Origin: Candidatus Bipolaricaulota bacterium
GTDB taxonomy: Bacteria > Bipolaricaulota > Bipolaricaulia > UBA7950 > UBA9294
NCBI GenBank assembly: GCA_026390345.1
Contig: JAPLGD010000037.1
Location: 1-60,099 of the forward strand
Direction of reading: 5' to 3'
DNA length: 60,099 nucleotides
In this document: piece by piece, positions 18,431-27,890 of the stretch
Numbering within the stretch: position 1 is the stretch's first letter
Layout of the letters: each line of letters starts with the position of its first letter
Position numbers and translations under genes: made by a program
Notes under the pieces: generated by a model
What the model was told of the DNA's origin: nothing
The model's database searches: none
Seen by the model: the letters and a program-made list of their open reading frames with translations, nothing else

Positions 18431-21213
18431 TGTTCCTTCTCCTCGTATGGGGACTTTGCGCTCTCGCGACATACGCCGATGAAGCGAAGCTCGATTGCGA
18501 GGGCCCCGGAGGTCCCTACCAAGTTCCCGCCACCGTGAGTTGCTCGGAGATTCTGACGGCGGAGGACGCGGCGGAGCAGTTCCTCGACACCCTCCTGCGA
18601 GCACAGGAAGAGCAGACGCCGGAGTTGCTCGCGGCCGCGCTGGACGGGGAAGCGGCGCGAGTCTGCGGACAGCGCCCGGAGAAAGGAACGGTCGGCGAGC
18701 TCCTCGGTGTTGATCGGTGGGGGTGCGACGCAGGCTACACGCGCCGAAACCTCTGTCAGGGATACGTGCTTGAGAAGATCGAGACACTCGAGCACGGTTA
18801 CGCGGTGGTGACCCAAGTGGTCGTCGCCCCTGGAGGAAGCGGGCTGACGTACTTCGACACGGCGTCAGCCGTGCAGTACAAGACCACCGTGGGCGACGTC
18901 CGGATCCTTGCCGGCCTGTCGCTGTCGTCGGGCCCGGGATCGACTCCATCCACCGAGTACGAGGACTCGGTGAAGATGGCGAGGAAAGGACAGGCCCGGA
19001 CCGTTCTGTCCGACGCGCTCGCGTACTGCGAAAACTACAAGACCGAGTACTGCCGCGCGGTGCGTAACCTCGCGACGCGGATCACTGCACCTCCATCCAG
19101 CGCTGCCCCCGAGGATCGCCGCGGGCCGATCGAGCTGGTCGTCGTCGCCGCGGCGCCGGGACACATGGCCGCGTCGCAGGCTCTCGCCCTGACGAGCGGG
19201 GACGTGTCGCTCATCTCCGTCAGCGGCGTCGTTGCCGACGAGTTGGGCATCCCCGTCCCGAACGCCCAGATTCGCTTCCGAGATTGGGACATCGTGGTTG
19301 CGACGGATGTCCACGGGGTCTATCGACTCTCGGCGTTCGGAACTGGAGGGACGCCGGTGGCAAAGCGAGTGAACCTGACGCTGCAGCGTGTGGAGCTCTC
19401 CGTCACGCCGGAGGCACGGCCGGACGGAGGCCGCTATGTGGGAGTCGCGGCGGACGGGACGTCGACCCTGGCTCTTTCCCTTTCGGCCCGCGGCATTCGC
19501 CTCGACACCATCAAGGTTCAAGCTCCGAAGCTGGGGACGCTCCGCGGGACGAGCGGAGCGGCTCGGTCGGTCTCGCTCAACGCGGAGGGTCGGGGAACCC
19601 TCACGTACGTCCCGCCAACCGACCTTGCGACGGACGTCCTGTCTCGCTCCCTCGACGGCGAAGCCGCCCCCGTATGGGCCGCTGTCGTCCCGCTCACCTT
19701 CGAGTACAGCGATCAGGAGGGGAACCCTGCGAGCACGACGGTCGAGGTCTTCGCCTGCCGTCCGCCGGTCGTTGTGACGTACGCCTTCGCCGCAGATCAA
19801 GCGGCATGGACGGCCTTTGCGGAGTACGCGCGAAACGACAAGTTCGATCCGACCCTTGCTCCTGCGTTCGCAGCACCTACGGTCACCGGCTCGCTCGAGG
19901 AGCAGGCCGAGCTGTTGCGCCGGGCGATCTCCGAGCGCCTGCACGCGTACGCACTCCTCGGCATCAAGGCACCCAAGGCCGATGTCGTGGCGCACAGCCT
20001 GGCTGGTCTCGTTGCACGGCACGCGGTCGAGGAACCCCTCGACGGGCGGACGACGGTGCGGAAGCTCCTCCTCGTCGCAACTCCCAACCACGGCGCCTCG
20101 TGGCTTGAGCACCCCCAAACGTTCCTCACGTCGTGGCTCGATCAGCACCCCGTCGCAGCCCAAGAGCTCGCCGAGGATTCCGACTTCCTCCGTCGCCTGA
20201 ACGCCGGGGAGGCCACGGGAACGCACCTGAACCCTGATGTGCAGTACGCAAACCTCCTCGGACGGCGGACGGAGCTTCGCGCCGGAGGAGACATCGGGTT
20301 GGGCGCTGCGGAGGACGACGGGTTCGTGAGCACTGCTTCCGCCCACCTGAACGGCGCGCCGGACTTCGTCTTCGACGGGGTTCGTCACTCGGAAGTATTG
20401 GCTCTGCGTGACATGGCCATGGCATCCTTCGCCGACGTTCAGGCGAAGATCACAAGCCTTCTTCAGCGGGACCTTCCACGCACGAACCTGGACGACACAC
20501 GGCTCGAGCTCTGGAAGGGAGGAGGACTCGTCGAGATCTCCCCGCAAGTGTGGGTGGGAGCGTGGACGAGCGTCACGCAGTACCCCGTGTCTCTGCGACC
20601 AACCTTCGGCGTGCGCACCGGCAAAGCGAGCTACGCCGCGGTGGGGATATACACCTCGCAAGGGCAGTGGGGAACGCTCGGACTCGACGAGGATAGTGAA
20701 GCGACCGTTCACGCGAGTTCGCCGAACCTTCTGCGGATCCAACTCGTGGCCGGCAAAGCCCGGTTCCGCCGGCTGCCCGGCACGTCCGGTGGCGACTACG
20801 AGGTTGTCCTGACGGCGAGTCCGGCGAGCGGCCCGTGGTATGCAGCGCGCCCCAGCATTCGCGTGCTCGGCCGGGACGCCGACTTCGCGGTATCGACCGG
20901 CGACGTAGTCACCGTGTCCGCCCTGGATTCGCGCCTTCTCGTCGAAACCTCCGACACATCCGGTGCGTCGACGGCCCGGTGGGTGGACGAGTCTCGCGGT
21001 GTGCGCATCAAGAGCTCAGGCTCCGCCGAGGACGAAGCGGTTCCCGGCGGCGGCTGGTGGACGAAGAGCGTCTGGCGCGAGCCGGGCCTGCCTTTCCGAT
21101 TCCCTCTGTGGATGCTCGCGGTCACGCTCGCGGGCCTTGCGGCGGCCGCCATCTACCACGTTCGTGCTTCCCGCCACGGAGAGCACCCAAAACGAGACGA
21201 GAAGACAAGCTAA
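18322..21213 (+). CDS. Large secreted, C-terminally anchored multidomain protein with a PGAP1-like lipase/esterase domain
   Basis: Signal peptide after the repeat-encoded N-terminus; carboxypeptidase-regulatory-like domain (VADELGIPVPNAQI); lipase triad AHSLAG / DDGFV / RHS; FecR-like beta region; C-terminal TM. Start codon uncertain. Confidence 0.75.
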   Translation: MDTRAVKEFRGAAPSLHGGAAPISRGGAAPTLHAGAVFLLLVWGLCALATYADEAKLDCEGPGGPYQVPATVSCSEILTAEDAAEQFLDTLLRAQEEQTPELLAAALDGEAARVCGQRPEKGTVGELLGVDRWGCDAGYTRRNLCQGYVLEKIETLEHGYAVVTQVVVAPGGSGLTYFDTASAVQYKTTVGDVRILAGLSLSSGPGSTPSTEYEDSVKMARKGQARTVLSDALAYCENYKTEYCRAVRNLATRITAPPSSAAPEDRRGPIELVVVAAAPGHMAASQALALTSGDVSLISVSGVVADELGIPVPNAQIRFRDWDIVVATDVHGVYRLSAFGTGGTPVAKRVNLTLQRVELSVTPEARPDGGRYVGVAADGTSTLALSLSARGIRLDTIKVQAPKLGTLRGTSGAARSVSLNAEGRGTLTYVPPTDLATDVLSRSLDGEAAPVWAAVVPLTFEYSDQEGNPASTTVEVFACRPPVVVTYAFAADQAAWTAFAEYARNDKFDPTLAPAFAAPTVTGSLEEQAELLRRAISERLHAYALLGIKAPKADVVAHSLAGLVARHAVEEPLDGRTTVRKLLLVATPNHGASWLEHPQTFLTSWLDQHPVAAQELAEDSDFLRRLNAGEATGTHLNPDVQYANLLGRRTELRAGGDIGLGAAEDDGFVSTASAHLNGAPDFVFDGVRHSEVLALRDMAMASFADVQAKITSLLQRDLPRTNLDDTRLELWKGGGLVEISPQVWVGAWTSVTQYPVSLRPTFGVRTGKASYAAVGIYTSQGQWGTLGLDEDSEATVHASSPNLLRIQLVAGKARFRRLPGTSGGDYEVVLTASPASGPWYAARPSIRVLGRDADFAVSTGDVVTVSALDSRLLVETSDTSGASTARWVDESRGVRIKSSGSAEDEAVPGGGWWTKSVWREPGLPFRFPLWMLAVTLAGLAAAAIYHVRASRHGEHPKRDEKTS

Positions 21214-21286
21214 GCGTCGTCTCGCCACAACCGAATGGGAATGAACGCTCAAACACAGCTCGAATCAAGGAGGAAGATCGGTTGAC

Positions 21287-22507
21287 ATGACGGCCGCGTG
21301 GGCTGTCGCCGGGACGTGTCTGGTCTTGTGGATCGGACTCCTCTTCTTCCGCGGAGGATTCTGGCGCGTCGCTCCGAGGCTTGACACCCCTCCGGGAGGG
21401 TTCGCGCATACGGATCCGCAAGCGCCGTCCCAGCGGACGTGTTCCGTGGCGACCATGATCCCCGCCCGGAACGAGGCCGACATCCTTCCCCAGACCCTGC
21501 CGACCGTCGTCGCCCAGGAGTACGAGGGCGTGTTCCACGTGACCCTGATCGACGATCAGAGCACGGACGCGACGGCGGACATTGCACAAGAGGCGGCCAA
21601 GGCGGCAGGACGCGCCGATCGACTGACCGTCCTTCGCGGTGACCCACTGCCCACCGGGTGGGCAGGCAAGGTTTGGGCGCTCGCGCAAGGGAGCAAACGG
21701 GGAGCGCCGATCGACTCCGACTACCTCTGGTTTACCGACGCCGACATCGCTTACGACGCAGGCGTTCTCCGCGCACTGGTTGACAAGGCGGAGTCGGAGG
21801 AGCTTGACCTCGTCTCCGTCATGGCTTGTCTGCGCGTGGACTCCCGCTGGGATCGGCTTCTCATTCCCGCCTTTGTCTACTTCTTTGCGAAGCTCTACCC
21901 GTTCCGGTTCGTGGGGGATCCGCGACGTCGGACCGCGGGAGCGGCCGGGGGGTGCGTGCTCGTTCGACGTCGGGCCCTCCAGGAGGCGGGCGGCCTTGAG
22001 GCCATTCGGTCTGCATTGATCGACGACTGCGCCCTCGGCCGCCTCATCAAGCGGCACGAAGGCCGGATCTGGCTCGGGTTCACGAAAAGCGTGCGTAGCG
22101 TTCGTCCGTACGGAAGCCTTCGCAGCATCTGGGACATGGTGGCCCGGTCGGCCTACGACCAGCTTCAGTATTCACCGCTTCTCGTCGTGGGGACAGTCCT
22201 CGGGATGATGCTTCTGTACGCCGTGGCTCCGCTCGCCACGCTGGGCGGCCTCGTCGCCGCGGCGCTTGGCCTACCCGGAGCCGCGTGGCTCGCGCTCATC
22301 GGCGGGATGGCATGGAGCTTGATGACCGCAAGCTTCCTCCCGATCCTCGATCACCACGGCGCCGGGCGCTGGATCGCGATCTTTCTTCCCGTCGCCGGCA
22401 CTCTCTACACGGCGATGGTCCTCTCCTCCGCGTGGCGACACCGGACCGGCCGCAGCGGTGCGTGGAAAGGGCGCACGCGCGGAGCGGGCGACGCCACAAG
22501 CGCATAG
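21287..22507 (+). CDS. GT2 glycosyltransferase resembling hopene-associated HpnB
   Basis: IPARNEA, IDDQSTD, WAGKVWAL, FTDADI, GGCVLVRR, LIDDCAL, WDMVARSAYDQL. Confidence 0.85.
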   Translation: MTAAWAVAGTCLVLWIGLLFFRGGFWRVAPRLDTPPGGFAHTDPQAPSQRTCSVATMIPARNEADILPQTLPTVVAQEYEGVFHVTLIDDQSTDATADIAQEAAKAAGRADRLTVLRGDPLPTGWAGKVWALAQGSKRGAPIDSDYLWFTDADIAYDAGVLRALVDKAESEELDLVSVMACLRVDSRWDRLLIPAFVYFFAKLYPFRFVGDPRRRTAGAAGGCVLVRRRALQEAGGLEAIRSALIDDCALGRLIKRHEGRIWLGFTKSVRSVRPYGSLRSIWDMVARSAYDQLQYSPLLVVGTVLGMMLLYAVAPLATLGGLVAAALGLPGAAWLALIGGMAWSLMTASFLPILDHHGAGRWIAIFLPVAGTLYTAMVLSSAWRHRTGRSGAWKGRTRGAGDATSA

Positions 22508-22774
22508 CGCCAACCCTTCTAGGTCGGTCGGCCGCCGTCACCTCTCATTCGGAGATGCTCGGCAGACAAGAACCAGGATGCAGGGGCCAACGGAGGCGGC
22601 CGGCGCCCCCCCTGGGATTCGATTGCTGCGGTATGTCGAGCTCTACGCTGTTTCCGTACGATTCGGACGAAGCGCAGGGATGCGCACCTGTCTGACTGAT
22701 TGGCAGCCTGGCCGAAGCTGCTGCTCTTCAATTCTAAATAGAGTTTCGCGCCACCGCAGGCCGCCGTGTGATGT

Positions 22775-22803
22775 TTGTCACTGAGCACGGTCCACTGTAG
22801 AAT
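22775..22803 (+). promoter_or_regulatory. sigma70-type promoter of the BMP ABC operon
   Basis: TTGTCA-17 bp-TAGAAT. UTR hairpin CACCGGGA-T-TCCCGGTG at 22822-22838. Confidence 0.75.
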
Positions 22804-22864
22804 GGAACTCGAAGGTGCGGACACCGGGATTCCCGGTGGAACAAAAGAATTCAAGGAGGTCGCG

Positions 22865-24034
22865 TTGAAAAGGCTGCTCGCAGTAACCCTCATGCTGATC
22901 TTGGGTGTATCCCTGCTCGGCATGGCGGCAGGAAAAGTGGCCGTCGTCCTTGACGTCGGTGGACGCGGCGACTTGTCGTTCAACGACATGGGATTCAAGG
23001 GGACGGATCAGGCGGCGAAGGACTTCGGTCTTCAGATGATCGAAGTGCAGTGCGCCACGGGAGCGGACTACTTGCCGAACATCCGCAACGTCGCGCGGAC
23101 CGGCGACTATGACCTCATCATCTGCGTCGGCTTCCTGCTCGGCGATGCTCTCGCCGCGGCGTCGACGGAGTTCCCGAACCAGAAGTTCGCGATCATCGAT
23201 GTGGACTACATCACCGGACCCAACATCATGAACTTCGTGTTCCGCGAGAACGAGCAGTCGGCTCTGGTCGGCGCGCTCGCGGGAATGAGCGCCGCGTACC
23301 ACGGCTACTCGGCGGCCGGCGTGGTCCTCGGCATCGAGATCCCGGTCCTTTGGCACTTCGAGGCGGGGTTCCGCTATGGAATGGATTGGGGTCTGAAGGC
23401 ATTCGCCAAGCACGAAGGCAAGGCTCCAAGCGTCAACCTGCTCTACACCTACACCGGAACGTTCAGTGACATCGCGCTCGGCAAGGCCGCTTCGGAGGCC
23501 ATGCTGGCGCAGGGCGCCGTCGGCGTCTACAACGTCGCCGGTCCGCTCGGCGTGGGCGACCACGAGGCCGTGGCGGAAGCTCACGGGAACCTCGGTACGC
23601 TGTACGGCCCTCCGTACTTCTACGGGGTGGACGCGAACCAGGACTTCATCGGCAACGGATTCCACGGCATCGCGAGCGGAATGAAGCGCGTCGACACCGC
23701 GTGCTACATGGCCGTTGAGGCCGTCGTGAAGGGTCAGTTCAAGGCCGGCGTCACCAGCCTGGGGCTGAAGGAAGGCGGCGTGGCGATCAGCAAGGTCGGA
23801 GACCTCGCCGACTTCATCCTGTTCGGCATCAGCGGCGGGTCGGTGAGCGCCGACGACTTCTACACGATCATCGCGAACTGGGCGCAGAACCGAAGCACCA
23901 TCCCTGGCTGGATCTGGGATGCCGTCGACACGCTGGAGGCGGGAATTCTCGACGGATCGATCGTCGTCCCAACGGCGAGCACGGGCGATCAGATCGCCGC
24001 GGTCCGGGCGCAGTACACGCTGGGCGCACCCTAG
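22865..24034 (+). CDS. BMP-family (nucleoside) ABC substrate-binding protein
   Basis: TTG start after AAGGAGGT; DVGGRGDLSFND, FRENEQSAL.G, GVDANQD, MKRVD. No lipobox. Confidence 0.92.
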   Translation: MKRLLAVTLMLILGVSLLGMAAGKVAVVLDVGGRGDLSFNDMGFKGTDQAAKDFGLQMIEVQCATGADYLPNIRNVARTGDYDLIICVGFLLGDALAAASTEFPNQKFAIIDVDYITGPNIMNFVFRENEQSALVGALAGMSAAYHGYSAAGVVLGIEIPVLWHFEAGFRYGMDWGLKAFAKHEGKAPSVNLLYTYTGTFSDIALGKAASEAMLAQGAVGVYNVAGPLGVGDHEAVAEAHGNLGTLYGPPYFYGVDANQDFIGNGFHGIASGMKRVDTACYMAVEAVVKGQFKAGVTSLGLKEGGVAISKVGDLADFILFGISGGSVSADDFYTIIANWAQNRSTIPGWIWDAVDTLEAGILDGSIVVPTASTGDQIAAVRAQYTLGAP

Positions 24035-24060
24035 GACGTGAAGCGCACTTGAAACACCTC

Positions 24061-24096
24061 GGGGAGAGAGGAACGACGTTCCTCTCTCCCCTTTGT
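24061..24096 (+). terminator. Intercistronic stem-loop/partial terminator after the BMP gene
   Basis: Perfect 14-bp stem GGGGAGAGAGGAAC-GAC-GTTCCTCTCTCCCC followed by TTTGT. Confidence 0.75.
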
Positions 24097-24113
24097 CTGG
24101 AAACGGAGATCCC

Positions 24114-25724
24114 ATGAACGAGAACGCTGGTCCCGAAGCCCGACGGGACGCGGACAGCTACTTTCTCCGCGCCGAGGGGATCACCAAGATCTACTCCGAT
24201 GGAACCGTCGCCCTGAAGAAGGCGACCCTTGAGATCCATCCGCACGAGATCATTGGACTCCTCGGAGAGAACGGAGCCGGGAAGACGACGCTGACCAAGA
24301 TCCTCTCGGGGCTCTTGCCCCCAACCCGCGGCCGGGTCGTGTCTCCGAGAGGTCCGGTGCGGTTCGCCAGCCCGCGCGAGGCGCTCGACTTCGGCATCGG
24401 GATGGTCCATCAACACTTTGCCCTCGTCGGAACCTTCACAGCGACCGAGAACGTGGCCCTGAGCCACGAGAAGCCGTTCTCCCTGATCCGCTTGGCGAAG
24501 ACGCGCGAGCGCCTTGAGGCGTTGATGGAGGAGAGCGGACTCCGCGTCCCGCTCGACGTCCCCGTCGAGAAACTGGCCGTCGGAGAGCAGCAGCGGGTCG
24601 AAATCCTGAAGGTGTTGTTCCGCGACGTGCGGCTTCTGATCCTCGACGAACCCACCTCCGTGCTGACGCCGCTCGAAGTGGACGAGTTGTTCGCGCTGCT
24701 CCGCAAGCTGAAGGAAAAGGGAACGTCCGTCATCCTCATCACCCACAAGCTGAAGGAGGTCCAGTCGATCACCGACCGGATTGTCGTCCTACGACACGGC
24801 GAGATGGTCGGCGATGTGCGAACGGCCGAAGCGACGACCGAGCGCCTGGCCCAGCTGATGGTGGGGAAGACGCTCGAGGGCGAGCCCACCGCGTTCGAGC
24901 TGAGTGCCGAGCAGTTGCCGCGAGCCCTTTCGGCAAGCCGGAAGAAGGAATTCTCCGGCGAGGGGATCCTCCACGTGATCGACCTCGTGGCCCGCGGGAA
25001 CACGCGTGAGATTGCTGTCAACGGTGTGACGTTCGACGTGCACGGAGGAGAGATCTTCGGAATCGCCGGCGTTGAGGGAAACGGACAGAGCGAGCTGGTG
25101 GAGTGCCTCACGGGCCTGCGGGTCCCAGTGTCGGGCACCGCAACGATCCGAGGCACGAACATCCTGGGGAAGGACCCGCGTCAGATCTATCGCCTGGGCG
25201 TCGCCCACGTGCCGGAGGACCGTTGGCGCCTCGGCCTTGTCCTGCCGTTCACTCTCGCCGAGAACGCGATCCTTGGTGTTCATCGCTGGGAGGAGTTCCA
25301 GGGGCCGTTCGGGATCCTTCGCCGGGGAAAGGTCAACCAGCACGTCCGGAAGCTGATGGACCGGTTCGACATCCAGGCGACGGGACCGAACGCGCCAGCG
25401 AAGAGCCTGTCGGGCGGAAACCAGCAGAAGCTGATTGTCGGCCGCGAGCTGGCCAAGGACCCGGCGATCGTGGTCGCGTCCCAGCCGACTCGAGGCCTCG
25501 ATATCGGCGCGGCCAAGTACATCCGGGACCTCTTGATCGAGATGCGCGACAACGGACGGGCAATCCTGCTCGTGTCGGCGGATCTGGATGAGGTGCTCGC
25601 CCTCGCGGACCGGCTGGCCATCATGTATGAGGGTCGGTTCATGACTTCGTGCCGTCCCGACACTCTGAATCGCGAGCAGATCGGCATGCTCATGGGCGGC
25701 GTGGCCTGCAAGGAGGTCGCATGA
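24114..25724 (+). CDS. Nucleoside/sugar ABC transporter ATPase (two NBDs)
   Basis: GENGAGKTT, GMVHQHF, LILDEPT, SLSGGNQQK, QPTRGLD. Confidence 0.95.
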   Translation: MNENAGPEARRDADSYFLRAEGITKIYSDGTVALKKATLEIHPHEIIGLLGENGAGKTTLTKILSGLLPPTRGRVVSPRGPVRFASPREALDFGIGMVHQHFALVGTFTATENVALSHEKPFSLIRLAKTRERLEALMEESGLRVPLDVPVEKLAVGEQQRVEILKVLFRDVRLLILDEPTSVLTPLEVDELFALLRKLKEKGTSVILITHKLKEVQSITDRIVVLRHGEMVGDVRTAEATTERLAQLMVGKTLEGEPTAFELSAEQLPRALSASRKKEFSGEGILHVIDLVARGNTREIAVNGVTFDVHGGEIFGIAGVEGNGQSELVECLTGLRVPVSGTATIRGTNILGKDPRQIYRLGVAHVPEDRWRLGLVLPFTLAENAILGVHRWEEFQGPFGILRRGKVNQHVRKLMDRFDIQATGPNAPAKSLSGGNQQKLIVGRELAKDPAIVVASQPTRGLDIGAAKYIRDLLIEMRDNGRAILLVSADLDEVLALADRLAIMYEGRFMTSCRPDTLNREQIGMLMGGVACKEVA

Positions 25725-26878
25725 CGGAGAACCCGGCAAGGGAGTCCCGCTTGCTGCGGGGCGTCCATCGGACGGTCACCGGCCTGCACCCGGCCCTGGA
25801 GTCTATTGTCGCCGCGATCGTCGGGCTCCTCATCGGCGCCGTGCTCATGTACATCTGGGGGTTCGACCCCTGGAAAGCGTACTGGGCACTCCTGCGCGGC
25901 GCGTACGGGGGATCCTACGAGTGGGCCAGTTCCCTCGCCCGCGCAACGCCGCTGATCTTGACTGCTCTCACGTTCTCCATCTGCGTCCGCGCCGGAATGT
26001 TCAACATCGGAGCGGAAGGCCAGATGATGATGGGTGCCATGGCCGCGGTTTGCGTCGCGCTATTCGCGGCGCCCACGGTGCTCCACCTGATCATCGGCCT
26101 CGTCTTCGCCGCCGTGGCCGGCGCGCTGTGGAGCGTCGTCCCCGCGATCCTGAAGGTCTCCCGGGGGGTCTCGGAAGTCATCTCTACGATCATGTTCAAC
26201 TGGATCGGACGATGGCTCGCCCTGTACCTCGCGATCTACGTGATCGTCGACCGCATGCGCCCCGAGAAGACGCTGACGGTCCCGGTCACCGCACGGTTCC
26301 CCATCCTCGTCCGCGGGACGGACTTGTCCGCCTCCATCTTCCTCGCTGTCGGAGTGGCCCTCGTCATGTACTTTCTCCTCTGGCACACGACGATGGGATA
26401 CGAGGTGCGGGCCGCGGGACTCAATCCGACGGCCGCTCGGTACGGGGGAATCCGCAGCAAGCGGACGATGATCATCAGCTTCCTGCTCGGGGGAATCACA
26501 GCGGGCCTGGCCGGAGCGACGATCGCCATGGGGTTGCCGCCAAGCTACGCCATCTTCGGCGGCGGGGCGTTCCCGGAGCTGACGAACCTCGGGTTCGACG
26601 GCATGGCGGTGGCCATGGTCGGACGCAACCACCCGATCGGCATCCTTGTCGCCGCCCTGTTCTTCGGCGGGCTCAACGCCGGAGGGCGGGTCATGCAGTT
26701 CTACGGGTCGAACCCCGTTCCGCTGGAGATGATCCGCGTCGTCATGGGCGCCATCGTCCTGGCGATGGCGATTCCCGAGCTGATCCGCCTCTTCCCGGCG
26801 ATCAAGAACCAAGGAGAGAGGTTCTTCGCTGTCTTGCGACGAAGGCGTGAAACGCGATCGAAGGAGGGAAAAGCATGA
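25721..26878 (+). CDS. Nucleoside ABC permease 1
   Basis: TPLILTAL, FNIGAEGQ, EVISTIM, GFDGMAVAMVGRNHP. Confidence 0.93.
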   Translation: MTENPARESRLLRGVHRTVTGLHPALESIVAAIVGLLIGAVLMYIWGFDPWKAYWALLRGAYGGSYEWASSLARATPLILTALTFSICVRAGMFNIGAEGQMMMGAMAAVCVALFAAPTVLHLIIGLVFAAVAGALWSVVPAILKVSRGVSEVISTIMFNWIGRWLALYLAIYVIVDRMRPEKTLTVPVTARFPILVRGTDLSASIFLAVGVALVMYFLLWHTTMGYEVRAAGLNPTAARYGGIRSKRTMIISFLLGGITAGLAGATIAMGLPPSYAIFGGGAFPELTNLGFDGMAVAMVGRNHPIGILVAALFFGGLNAGGRVMQFYGSNPVPLEMIRVVMGAIVLAMAIPELIRLFPAIKNQGERFFAVLRRRRETRSKEGKA

Positions 26879-27768
26879 GCTGGATGGACATCGTCAGTCT
26901 CCTACGCATCGCGCTGCACGCCATGGTTCCGATCACGCTCACGGCGGTGGGCGAGATCGTAGGCGAGACGGCGGGGTTGTTCAACATCGGCCTGGAAGGG
27001 ATCCTCTTGATCGGTGCCTTCGCCGGAGCCCTCGGAGCCGAGATTGGAGGACCGTGGGTCGGATTCCTGGTGGGGATGGGCGTGGGGGCTGTGATCGGCC
27101 TCATCTTCGCTGTCATGTCCACCTACTGGAAGGGCACCCAGATGGTGATCGGGATCGGCATCAACCTCTTCGCCATGGGGTTCGTGGCATTCGGCCTGAT
27201 CCAGCTCGGAGCACCCGGGTTCCACGCCGTCCCCCGCGAGGTGCAGTTCGCCAAGTGGAGAACGCCGATGGGCGCGATGAGTCCCGTCATCCTCTTGGCA
27301 TTGGTCGCGCCGTTCGTCATTCACTGGTTCATCAAGCGGACGAGGGCGGGATTGATGCTCAAGGCGGCGGGGGAGACGCCCGAGGCCGCCGACGTGGCCG
27401 GGATCAACGTCAACCGGACGCGGCTCCTGGCAGCGACGTTCGGCGGCGCCATGGCGGGGATCGCCGGCGCCTACATGAGCATCGCGTGGATCGGGTCGGT
27501 GACCAAGGACCTGTCTGCCGGACGAGGGTTCATTGCCCTGGCCACCGTGGTGTTCAGCGGGCTGAACCCGCTTCTCGCGCTCCTCGGAGGGTTCATCTTC
27601 GGGTTCTTCCAGGGACTCGCCGAGTGGGTGAAGACGCTGCCGTCGAAGCCGATCCCATTCCAGTTCGTGTCGATGCTTCCGTACATCGTCACGTTGCTTG
27701 TCGTCTCGGGAGCGATCGGCCGGGTCCGATTTCCGAAGGCGCTCGGAGAACCGTACAAGCGAGAGTAG
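26875..27768 (+). CDS. Nucleoside ABC permease 2
   Basis: GETAGLFNIGLEG, GETPEAADVAGINV, AGRGFIALA, MLPYIVT. Confidence 0.93.
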   Translation: MSWMDIVSLLRIALHAMVPITLTAVGEIVGETAGLFNIGLEGILLIGAFAGALGAEIGGPWVGFLVGMGVGAVIGLIFAVMSTYWKGTQMVIGIGINLFAMGFVAFGLIQLGAPGFHAVPREVQFAKWRTPMGAMSPVILLALVAPFVIHWFIKRTRAGLMLKAAGETPEAADVAGINVNRTRLLAATFGGAMAGIAGAYMSIAWIGSVTKDLSAGRGFIALATVVFSGLNPLLALLGGFIFGFFQGLAEWVKTLPSKPIPFQFVSMLPYIVTLLVVSGAIGRVRFPKALGEPYKRE

Positions 27769-27776
27769 TGGGGCTT

Positions 27777-27805
27777 TTGACTCCATCGCTGTTGGAATCT
27801 ATGAT
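27777..27805 (+). promoter_or_regulatory. sigma70-type promoter of the phnDCEE-like operon
   Basis: TTGACT-17 bp-TATGAT. UTR hairpin CGGCGCGGAG-GTGG-CTCCGCGCCG at 27831-27854. No obvious Pho box. Confidence 0.75.
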
Positions 27806-27890
27806 CGACAGGAGAGACTCACATCGGGAACGGCGCGGAGGTGGCTCCGCGCCGGGACCCGGAGGCTTGCGGTATACCAGGAGGTGCACC

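Noticed and set aside
22601-22660. tmRNA or tRNA-like start (GGATTCGA)
   Set aside because: No acceptor stem, T-loop or CCA end, and no tag-peptide ORF could be built.
26847-27890. N-terminal extension of the 681-aa ORF onto PhnD
   Set aside because: It overlaps the permease out of frame. PhnD has its own promoter, RBS and signal peptide at 27891.
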